Positions 57,136-64,000 of a stretch of 64,000 nucleotides of DNA are shown piece by piece (the stretch's first letter is position 1; the number at the start of each line of letters is the position of its first letter). Below the pieces are notes generated by a model, which saw nothing but the letters and a program-made list of their open reading frames with translations, made no database searches and was not told where the DNA came from. The translations under genes were made by a program, and so were the position numbers. The DNA comes from Reyranellaceae bacterium (GTDB lineage: Bacteria; Pseudomonadota; Alphaproteobacteria; Reyranellales; JAQSWP01), in contig JBFXDA010000003.1 in NCBI GenBank assembly GCA_050181585.1, forward strand, positions 6,155-70,154. The letters are read 5' to 3'.

Positions 57136-59628
57136 ATGAGCCTGCCGGTCGAAGACATTGTTCCCGAATTTCTGGCCGTCCTGCGGGCCGGCGGCAATGC
57201 GGTGGTGCAGGCGCCGCCGGGTGCGGGCAAATCGACCCTGCTGCCGCTGAAGCTGCTCGACCAGGCGTGGCTGGACGGCGGCAGGATTCTGATGCTGGAG
57301 CCGCGCCGGCTGGCGGCGCGCATGGTCGCCAGAAGGCTGGCGCAGAATCTGGGGCAGGAGGTCGGCCGCACCGTCGGCTTCCGCGTCCGCGACGAGGCGC
57401 GGGTCGGGCGCGAGACGCGGCTGGAGGTGGTGACGGAGGGCATCCTGACCCGCCTGCTGCAGGCCGATCCCGAGCTGCCGGGCGTCGGCGCCATCCTGTT
57501 CGACGAATTCCACGAGCGCAGCCTGCAGGCCGATCTCGGCCTGGCGCTGGCGCTGGACGTGCAGCAGAGCCTGCGGCCCGAACTGCGGCTGGTGGCGATG
57601 TCGGCGACGCTGGACGGGCAGGCGGTGTCGGCCCTGTTGGGCAATGCGCCGATCCTGACCAGCGACGGTCGGCTGTTTCCGGTCGAGACGCGCTACCTGC
57701 CGCCCTCGGGCGGCGTGGCGATGGAGGCGGCCATGGCGCAGGCGGTGCGCCGGGCGGTGCGCGAGAACGAGGGCGACGTGCTGGCGTTCCTGCCCGGCGC
57801 GGGCGAGATCAGGCGGGTGCAGCGGCTGCTGGAGGAGGGGGCGCTGGCGGCGGACGTGCTGCCGCTTTACGGCGAGCTGCCGCCGGCGGAGCAGGATCGC
57901 GCCGTCGCGCCGGGCGGCGGGCGGCGCGTGGTGCTGGCGACGTCGATCGCGGAGACCTCGCTGACCATCGAGGGCGTGCGGGTGGTGGTCGATGCCGGGC
58001 TGGCGCGAAAACCGGTGTTCGATCCGCGCTCGGGCCTGACGCGGCTGGAAACGGTGAAGGCCAGCCTCGCCTCCGCCGACCAGCGGCGCGGCCGCGCCGG
58101 GCGGCTGGGGCCGGGTGTGTGCTACCGGCTATGGGCGGAAGCGGAGAACCGGGCGCGTCCCGCCGCCGACCGGCCGGAGATCGAAGCTGCCGATCTGGCG
58201 GCGCTGGCGCTGGATCTGGCGCAATGGGGCGTGGCCGATCCGGCCCGGCTGCGCTGGGTCAATCCGCCGCCGCCGGCCCATTACGCGCAGGCGGCCGAGC
58301 TGTTGCGCGAGCTCGAGGCGCTGGATGCGCAGGGGCGGATTGCCGAACACGGCAGGCAGCTTGCGAAGCTGCCGGTGCATCCGCGGCTCGCACACATGAT
58401 CCTGCGCGGCCGCGACATCGGCGCGGGCGGCACGGCCTGCCGCATCGCCGCCCTGCTGGAGGAGCGCGACATTCTGCGGGCGCGGCCGGGCACGCGCGCG
58501 GCCGATATCCGCTTGCGGCTGGAAGCGTTGCAGGCGCTGGCGCAGGGGCGCCGCTTCTCGCATTTCGAGCTGAACCTGAACGAGGGCGCGGCGCGGCGGG
58601 CGCTGCGCCTGGCGTCGCGGCTGGCGCGCCTGGCGGGCGTCGATGACGGCGAGGGCGATGCCAACGACGCCGGCCTGCTGCTGGCTTTCGCCTATCCCGA
58701 TCGCATCGCGCGGCGGCGGCCGGGCGGCGAGCCGCGCTACAGGCTGGCCAACGGGCGCGGGGCGGCGCTCGACGCCGCCGATGCGCTGGCGGGCGAGAAA
58801 TACATCGCCGTCGCCGATCTCGACGGCGCCGGGGCCGAAGGGCGCATCTTCATGGCCGGCGCGCTGGACGAGGCGGCGTTGCGCCAACACTTCGCCGCGC
58901 ATATCGAGCGGCGCGACACGGTCGAATGGGACGAGCAGCAGCAGAAGGTGCTGGCCGCGCAGCAGGAACGGTTGGGCGCGCTGGTGCTGAGCGAGAAGCC
59001 TCTGGCGAAGCCCTCGCGCGCGGCTATTGCCACAGCACTGCTGCAGGCGGTGCGCCAGCACGGGCTGGGTGCGCTGGCGTTCGACGAGTCCGTCCAGACG
59101 CTGCGCTGGCGCGTGGCGATGCTGCGGCGCGTGTTCGGCGAGGATTGGCCCGATCTCTCCGATGCCGCCCTGCTGGCGCGGCTGGAGGAGTGGCTGCCGG
59201 TCGATCAGGCCGGTTCGCTGGCGGCGCTGCGCCAGCTCGACCACGCCGGCGCCCTCCGCAACCTGCTGCCGTGGGAGCAGCAGCGCGCGCTCGACCGGCT
59301 GGCGCCGACCCATCTCGAGGTGCCGTCCGGCTCGCGCATCCGCATCGACTATGCCGATCCCGCCCAGCCGGTGCTGGCGGTGAAGCTGCAGGAGATGTTC
59401 GGCCTGGCGCAGACGCCGGCGATCGCCGATGGTCGCGTGAAGCTGAGCCTGCACCTGCTGTCGCCGGCCGGCCGTCCTCTGCAGGTCACCGGCGACCTCG
59501 CCGGCTTCTGGCGCTCCTCCTATGCCGAGGTGCGCAAGGAGATGCGCGGCCGCTACCCGCGCCACCCCTGGCCCGAAGACCCGCTCGCCGCCCCGCCGAC
59601 GGCGCGGGCGAAGCGGCGGGGGACGTAA
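57136..59628 (+). CDS. hrpB: ATP-dependent DEAH-box helicase HrpB, 830 aa
   Basis: An in-frame ATG at 57136 within track ORF 57115..59628 gives MSLPVEDIVPEFLAVLRAGGNAVVQAPPGAGKST (Walker A). DEFHERS is the DExH box. The C-terminal HrpB region ends RYPRHPWPEDP. Confidence 0.92.
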   Translation: MSLPVEDIVPEFLAVLRAGGNAVVQAPPGAGKSTLLPLKLLDQAWLDGGRILMLEPRRLAARMVARRLAQNLGQEVGRTVGFRVRDEARVGRETRLEVVTEGILTRLLQADPELPGVGAILFDEFHERSLQADLGLALALDVQQSLRPELRLVAMSATLDGQAVSALLGNAPILTSDGRLFPVETRYLPPSGGVAMEAAMAQAVRRAVRENEGDVLAFLPGAGEIRRVQRLLEEGALAADVLPLYGELPPAEQDRAVAPGGGRRVVLATSIAETSLTIEGVRVVVDAGLARKPVFDPRSGLTRLETVKASLASADQRRGRAGRLGPGVCYRLWAEAENRARPAADRPEIEAADLAALALDLAQWGVADPARLRWVNPPPPAHYAQAAELLRELEALDAQGRIAEHGRQLAKLPVHPRLAHMILRGRDIGAGGTACRIAALLEERDILRARPGTRAADIRLRLEALQALAQGRRFSHFELNLNEGAARRALRLASRLARLAGVDDGEGDANDAGLLLAFAYPDRIARRRPGGEPRYRLANGRGAALDAADALAGEKYIAVADLDGAGAEGRIFMAGALDEAALRQHFAAHIERRDTVEWDEQQQKVLAAQQERLGALVLSEKPLAKPSRAAIATALLQAVRQHGLGALAFDESVQTLRWRVAMLRRVFGEDWPDLSDAALLARLEEWLPVDQAGSLAALRQLDHAGALRNLLPWEQQRALDRLAPTHLEVPSGSRIRIDYADPAQPVLAVKLQEMFGLAQTPAIADGRVKLSLHLLSPAGRPLQVTGDLAGFWRSSYAEVRKEMRGRYPRHPWPEDPLAAPPTARAKRRGT

Positions 59629-59630
59629 TT

Positions 59631-59699
59631 CTTATATAAGATTCTATATAATATCATTGCAGGACCATAGTCCTAACGCTATATAGTTCCCTATATAAG
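59631..59699. promoter_or_regulatory. AT-rich dyad array (4 x YTATATAR boxes around AGGAC-CATA-GTCCT) upstream of hicA
   Basis: CTTATATAAG is at 59631-59640, TTCTATATAAT at 59642-59652, AGGACCATAGTCCT at 59661-59674, CTATATAG at 59679-59686 and CCTATATAAG at 59690-59699. This is the only strongly AT-rich stretch in the window. Confidence 0.6.
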
Positions 59700-59713
59700 A
59701 TCGGCGGGAAGAC

Positions 59714-59914
59714 ATGCCGAAAAGTCTCGGCAGCGACGATGTGCAGAAACGGTTGCTGAACGATGGCTGGACCATCGACCGGCAGCGCGGCAGTCACCGC
59801 ATTTTTCGCAAGGGTGGCATGTCCATCAGCCTGCCGATGGGCAGGAAGGATATGCCGAAGGGATTGCTGCGGCAGATCTTCCGCGATGCCGGCTGGAAAT
59901 GGCCGCCGGAGTAG
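59714..59914 (+). CDS. hicA: Type II toxin HicA (mRNA interferase), 66 aa
   Basis: ORF track 59714..59914. Its size and the motif GWTIDRQRGSHRIFRK (the conserved GSH context of the HicA/YcfA family) support the call. It is followed 18 nt later by hicB. Confidence 0.85.
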   Translation: MPKSLGSDDVQKRLLNDGWTIDRQRGSHRIFRKGGMSISLPMGRKDMPKGLLRQIFRDAGWKWPPE

Positions 59915-59932
59915 ATTCGGGAGTACCGGAAA

Positions 59933-60391
59933 ATGAAGGGATACTGGGCTTTCGTCTACGAGGAAGATGGTCAGTACTGGGGCCTCTTCCCCGAGCTGAA
60001 AGGCTGCTACACGGCGGCCGACGACATAACCGGCCTGGCCGCCAATCTGATCGAAGCGCTGGGACTGTGGATCGAGAGCCAGGAAAGCGCCAATGCGCGG
60101 ATTCCCGCGCCACGCAGCCTGCCGGAGGTTCTGAAGATCAGGGTCGAAGCCGGCAAGCCGCAGGCGGTGCAGTTCGTGCCGCTTCTGCCGCCGGCGGACC
60201 GCGCCAAGCAGGTCGCCATGTCGGTTGACGAGCGAAAGCTGGAAATAATCGACGAGGCGGCCGGGCGGCTGGGGCAGAGCCGCTCCGCCTTCATGGTCAA
60301 CGCCGCTTTGGCGGCGGCTGCGTCGCTGGGCGGCGGCTCGGTCGGAAAAGCGCGACGCCGGGCCAGGTCGTCCGAACGCAAGCGGGCTTGA
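59933..60391 (+). CDS. hicB: Type II antitoxin HicB with a C-terminal ribbon-helix-helix domain, 152 aa
   Basis: ORF track 59933..60391. The N-terminus YWAFVYEEDGQYWGLFPELKGCYTAADDI is typical of HicB. VAMSVDERKLEIIDEAAGRLGQSRSAFMVNAAL looks like an RHH/CopG-type DNA-binding domain. Confidence 0.85.
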   Translation: MKGYWAFVYEEDGQYWGLFPELKGCYTAADDITGLAANLIEALGLWIESQESANARIPAPRSLPEVLKIRVEAGKPQAVQFVPLLPPADRAKQVAMSVDERKLEIIDEAAGRLGQSRSAFMVNAALAAAASLGGGSVGKARRRARSSERKRA

Positions 60392-60422
60392 GTCCATCCG
60401 TCCGCCAGGGGTGATCGGGAGT

Positions 60423-61169
60423 TCATCCCTTCGCCGCGAACTGTTTCAGCCGTTCTTCCATGTCCGGGCCGCGGCCGGGGCTGTTGGCGCGTTCGAAGGC
60501 CAGGGCGTCGATGAGGCCGAGATTCTGGCCGCCGTCGACCAGCATCTTGTCGGCGCGCAGCGTGTGCCAGGAATTGGCGACGATCTGGCGCGCCAGCGCC
60601 TCGGTGCGGGCGCGCAGTTCGGCGTCGGGCACGACCAGATTGGCCAGGCCGATGGCGGCGGCTTCGGCGCCGGTGACGACGCGGCCGGTGAACATGATCT
60701 CCTTGGCGCGCAAGGGACCGATGCGGCGCGGCAGGCACTGGCTCATGCCCCAAAGCGGCGTCATCGAAAACTTGCCGTGCGTGTCGGCGAAGCGGGCGCT
60801 GTCGGCGCAGACCATCAGGTCGCAGCCCAGCACCAGCTCCAGCGCGCCGGTGTAGCAATGGCCCTGCACGGCGGCGATGGTGGGTTGCGGCAGCCGCTCC
60901 AAGGCGACGATGGCGTCGGCCTGGAAGGTCGGGGTGGGCGCCTTCTCGCCGGCCTGGATGGCGCGCAGATCGTTGCCGGCGGAAAACGAGCGGCCTTCGG
61001 CCTGCAGCACCACGCAACCCACCCGGTCGGGATGGGCGGCAATGTCGTCGACATGCCCGCGCAGCTCGACGAAAAGCCCCGGGCTGAGGGCGTTGAGCGC
61101 CTGCGGCCGGTTCAGAGTCAGAAAGGCGATGCCGTCGCGATCCTCGCGTCGCACCAGGGGCGGGGTCAT
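60423..61169 (-). CDS. Enoyl-CoA hydratase/isomerase (crotonase) family protein, 248 aa
   Basis: An in-frame ATG at 61169 follows GGAGGAAAC on the minus strand, within track ORF 60423..61850. The product contains IAFLTLNRPQALNALS and FSAGNDL. Confidence 0.88.
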   Translation of the reverse strand: MTPPLVRREDRDGIAFLTLNRPQALNALSPGLFVELRGHVDDIAAHPDRVGCVVLQAEGRSFSAGNDLRAIQAGEKAPTPTFQADAIVALERLPQPTIAAVQGHCYTGALELVLGCDLMVCADSARFADTHGKFSMTPLWGMSQCLPRRIGPLRAKEIMFTGRVVTGAEAAAIGLANLVVPDAELRARTEALARQIVANSWHTLRADKMLVDGGQNLGLIDALAFERANSPGRGPDMEERLKQFAAKG

Positions 61170-61347
61170 GTTTCCTCCGTTTTCCCCATCGAAGCCCCTA
61201 GCAGAGCCGAAATTTCTGCCGCCGGAAACCTTGCGGCGGCCGGTTTTCCGCCTATGTATTTGCGAATTCTGGGGATATTTACATTTGCCGCTTCGGCGGC
61301 CAGTATGCCCCGCCTTTTGCCCAGCGGTTCCGCAACGGGGATAGACT

Positions 61348-61989
61348 TTGTTCGGCATTGAGCTCGACTCCGCCGCCTTAAGCGCCTTCATCCAGGTCAT
61401 CGTCATCGACGTGGTGCTGTCGGGGGACAACGCCATCGTCATCGGTCTGGCGGTGGCCGGCCTGCCCAAGCACCAGCGCGGCCGCATCATCATGATCGGC
61501 ATCGTGGCCGCCACGGTCATGCGCGTGCTTTTCGCGCTGGTGGCGACCCAGCTCCTGGCCATCATCGGACTGACCCTGGCCGGCGGCATTCTGCTGCTGT
61601 GGGTGGCGTGGAAGATGTGGCGCGAGTTGCGGGCGCCCAAGCACAGCGACGACGAACTGGCGGAAGCCGAAGCCAATGCGGCCGCCGGCAAGAAGCCGGC
61701 CGAGGCCATCAAGCAGATCGTCATCGCCGACCTGTCCATGTCGCTGGACAACGTGCTGGCGGTGGCCGGCGCCGCGCGCGACCATCCCGAAATCCTGGTC
61801 TTCGGCCTGGTGCTGTCGATCGCCCTGATGGCGGTGGCCGCCAGCTTCATCGCCCGCGTGCTGAACCGTTACCACTGGATCGCCTATGTCGGTCTGGCGG
61901 TGATCGCCTATGTGGCGATCGAGATGATCTACAAGGGCGGCGACCAGGTCTATCGCTACCTCGGTCCGAATTTCTTCGGCATGGGCTGA
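61348..61989 (+). CDS. TerC/YjbE-family integral membrane protein, 213 aa
   Basis: ORF track 61348..61989, starting at TTG after GGGGA. It contains the repeated signatures VLSGDNAIVIG and SLDNVLAV, which are typical of TerC-family proteins. Confidence 0.85.
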   Translation: MFGIELDSAALSAFIQVIVIDVVLSGDNAIVIGLAVAGLPKHQRGRIIMIGIVAATVMRVLFALVATQLLAIIGLTLAGGILLLWVAWKMWRELRAPKHSDDELAEAEANAAAGKKPAEAIKQIVIADLSMSLDNVLAVAGAARDHPEILVFGLVLSIALMAVAASFIARVLNRYHWIAYVGLAVIAYVAIEMIYKGGDQVYRYLGPNFFGMG

Positions 61990-62007
61990 TCCCGCATCGC
62001 GAGGACG

Positions 62008-63180
62008 ATGGTGCAAGCCGCATTGCAGCCTTACGCCACCGATCCCGCGACAAGCCGCGGCCGCCTGCATCGCGAGCCGGAGGCCGAAGGGCGCACGCCG
62101 TTCCAGCGCGATCGCGACCGCATCATCCATGCCACCGCCTTCCGGCGGCTGAAGCACAAGACGCAGGTCTTCGTCTATCACGAGGGCGACCACTACCGCA
62201 CGCGGCTGACCCATTCGCTGGAGGTGGCGCAGATCGCCCGTTCGCTGGCGCGCCGGCTGGGCCTGGACGAGGACCTGGCCGAGGCGCTGGCGCTGGCGCA
62301 CGATCTGGGCCACACGCCGTTCGGCCATGCCGGCGAGGAGGCGCTCGATCTGGCGATGCGGGATTTCGGCGGCTTCGACCACAACGCCCAGACCTTGCGC
62401 ATCCTGACCCAGCTCGAGCAGCGCTACGCCGCCTTTGACGGGCTGAACCTGACCTGGGAGACGCTGGAGGGCGTGGTCAAGCATAACGGGCCGCTGGTCA
62501 CCGCCAGCCGCCCGGCGGCGGAGCTGCCGGTCGCCATCGTTGAGTACCAGCGGCGGCAGGATCTCGAACTGCACACCTGGCCCGGCGCCGAGGCGCAGGT
62601 GGCCGCACTGTCCGACGACATCGCCTACAACAACCACGACATCGACGACGGCTTGCGTGCCGGCCTGTTCACGCTGGCCGACATCTGCGCCGTGCCGCTG
62701 GTCGGCGAAGTGGTGGCGGAAGTGCGCAGCGCCTATCCGGCGCTGGACGAGCACCGGCTGGTGAGCGAGACCACGCGCCGGCTGATCGACCGCATGATCC
62801 GCGACGTGCTGGCCGAGTCCGGCAACAGGCTGGCGACGCTGCTTCCGGCCAGCGTCGAGGCGGTGCGCGGTCATGACCGGGCGGTGATCGCGTTCTCGCC
62901 GGAAATGGCGGCGGCCGACAAGCGCTTGAAACAATTCCTGTTCGAGCGTATGTACCGCCACTATCGCGTCAACCGCATGACCTCGAAGGCGCGGCGCGTG
63001 GTGCGCGAATTGTTCGACCTGCTGTTCCGCGAGCCCGATTGCCTGCCGGACGATTGGCGCGAACGCGCGCGCAATGCCGACGAGCGGCGGCGGGCGCGCC
63101 TGGTCGCCGACTACATCGCCGGCATGACCGACCGTTTCGCCTTGCTCGAGCATCGCCGCCTGCTGGACGTTTACGAGTAG
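62008..63180 (+). CDS. dgt: Deoxyguanosinetriphosphate triphosphohydrolase-like HD-domain protein, 390 aa
   Basis: ORF track 62008..63180. It has [24 protein letters not shown], then [17 protein letters not shown], then [10 protein letters not shown]. Confidence 0.9.
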   Translation: MVQAALQPYATDPATSRGRLHREPEAEGRTPFQRDRDRIIHATAFRRLKHKTQVFVYHEGDHYRTRLTHSLEVAQIARSLARRLGLDEDLAEALALAHDLGHTPFGHAGEEALDLAMRDFGGFDHNAQTLRILTQLEQRYAAFDGLNLTWETLEGVVKHNGPLVTASRPAAELPVAIVEYQRRQDLELHTWPGAEAQVAALSDDIAYNNHDIDDGLRAGLFTLADICAVPLVGEVVAEVRSAYPALDEHRLVSETTRRLIDRMIRDVLAESGNRLATLLPASVEAVRGHDRAVIAFSPEMAAADKRLKQFLFERMYRHYRVNRMTSKARRVVRELFDLLFREPDCLPDDWRERARNADERRRARLVADYIAGMTDRFALLEHRRLLDVYE

Positions 63181-63191
63181 AAAAGCCGCCG

Positions 63192-64000
63192 ATGGATCCC
63201 TTCAAGCATTTCGCCGCCGAGATCGAGGCGGCGCTCGGCCGGCTGGCCGCGTCCGGCGCGCTGCCGCGTCTCGACACCCAAGCCGTCACGGTCGAGCCGC
63301 CGCGCGATCCCACCCATGGCGACCTCGCCACCAATGCCGCGCTGGTGCTGACCAAGCAGGCGGGCAAGAAGCCGCGCGAGATCGCCGAGCTGCTGGCCGC
63401 GGAGCTGCGCCAGAACGCCGACGTGACCGAGGTGTCGGTCGCGGGTCCGGGCTTCGTCAACCTGCGTCTGTCGGACGATTTCTGGCGGGCGCGGCTGAAG
63501 GACGTGCTGGGCGAAGGCCGTTCCTACGGCGGCTCGCGGATCGGCGGCGGCAAGAGGGTCAACGTCGAGTACGTTTCGGCCAATCCGACCGGCCCGCTGC
63601 ACGTGGCGCATGCCCGCGGCGCGGTCTATGGCGACGTGCTGGCCTCGCTGCTGGAGAAGGTCGGCTACGCCGTCACGCGTGAATACTACATCAACGACGC
63701 CGGCGCCCAGGTCGACATCCTGGCGCGCTCGGCCTGGCTGCGCTACCGCGAGGCGCTGGGCGACGACATCGGCGAAATCCCCGAAGGCCTCTATCCCGGC
63801 GACTACCTGAAGCCGGTGGGGCAGGCGCTGGCGCAGAAATACGGCAACCGTTTCCACAACGCGCCGGAGAGCGAGTGGCTGGCGCCGATCCGCGACTTCG
63901 CCGTCGCCGCCATGATGGAAGGCATCAAGGCCGATCTGGAGCTGCTGGGCATCCACCAGGAAGTGTTCAGCTCGGAGCGGGCGCTGGTCGAAGCCGGTGC
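63192..64000 (+). CDS. argS: Arginine--tRNA ligase, N-terminal part (runs off the window)
   Basis: This gene is not in the ORF track because it has no stop in the window. My own translation from ATG 63192 gives [18 protein letters not shown], then [18 protein letters not shown], then [15 protein letters not shown] (HIGH motif), then [10 protein letters not shown]. Confidence 0.9.
   Translation, partial: MDPFKHFAAEIEAALGRLAASGALPRLDTQAVTVEPPRDPTHGDLATNAALVLTKQAGKKPREIAELLAAELRQNADVTEVSVAGPGFVNLRLSDDFWRARLKDVLGEGRSYGGSRIGGGKRVNVEYVSANPTGPLHVAHARGAVYGDVLASLLEKVGYAVTREYYINDAGAQVDILARSAWLRYREALGDDIGEIPEGLYPGDYLKPVGQALAQKYGNRFHNAPESEWLAPIRDFAVAAMMEGIKADLELLGIHQEVFSSERALVEAG

Noticed and set aside
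55080-58646. 1188-aa plus-strand ORF crossing the GGT-like gene and hrpB.
   Set aside because: It is antisense to the GGT-family gene and out of frame on hrpB. It has extreme Arg/Gly/Ala content and no motifs.
61170-61347. A yybP-ykoY (manganese) riboswitch might be expected upstream of a TerC-family gene. Two GGGGAUA strings and a GCCGC-UUCG-GCGGC hairpin are present.
   Set aside because: The conserved GGGGAGUAG / UUGACAUA / GCAAGACC elements and the four-way junction cannot be found. The second GGGGA is simply the Shine-Dalgarno sequence of the TTG start. A cmscan would be needed to revive this idea.
62008-63180. The dGTPase-like HD protein as an anti-phage dNTP-depletion defence gene.
   Set aside because: It sits in what looks like ordinary housekeeping context, immediately upstream of argS. 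It has host-like codon usage and no defence-island neighbours other than the unrelated hicAB, 1.6 kb away.

Overview
This is a densely coding, high-GC proteobacterial chromosome segment of about 60 genes. The gene content looks alphaproteobacterial (tamAB, urtABCDE-ureDABCEFG-hupE, dgt-argS). I found no rRNA, tRNA, CRISPR array, transposase or integrase.

Layout:
(1) 1-19,969: a catabolic cluster with visibly more relaxed codon usage. It holds a HyuA/HyuB-type ATP-dependent cyclic-amide hydrolase, a Rossmann dehydrogenase, a class-III aminotransferase, a hotdog thioesterase, a family-III CoA-transferase, a 5-gene Liv-type ABC importer, an enolase-superfamily enzyme, a lone molybdenum-hydroxylase large subunit, a DAO-type flavoprotein and a crotonase.
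(2) 20-33 kb: a mixed accessory patch. It holds a hypothetical protein, a secreted arylsulfotransferase-like propeller, a TRAP transporter with an HpcH aldolase, and five transcription factors with small enzymes.
(3) 33-41.9 kb: tamB-tamA, an acyl-CoA synthetase and pncA.
(4) 42-53.5 kb: a colinear 14-gene urea uptake, urease and nickel module behind a textbook sigma-54 promoter.
(5) 53.6-64 kb: SDR, deacetylase, GGT-like, hrpB, a hicAB toxin-antitoxin pair, crotonase, a TerC-family gene, dgt and the 5' part of argS.

The observations I rate highest:
- An exact 13-mer (TGAACCGTTTCAT) sits at all four promoter regions of the first cluster, but no regulator gene lies in that cluster.
- The gene content of that cluster suggests an undescribed lactam/cyclic-amide to CoA-ester pathway.
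- A roughly 0.7-kb stretch inside the cluster has no convincing gene.
- A two-hairpin intergenic repeat occurs twice, with compensatory base changes between copies.
- A 69-bp AT-rich dyad array lies in front of hicAB.

All functional calls come from motif recognition by eye on the supplied translations. No database search was run. Many long ORFs in the track are antisense or out-of-frame shadow ORFs, as expected for high-GC DNA, and I did not call them.
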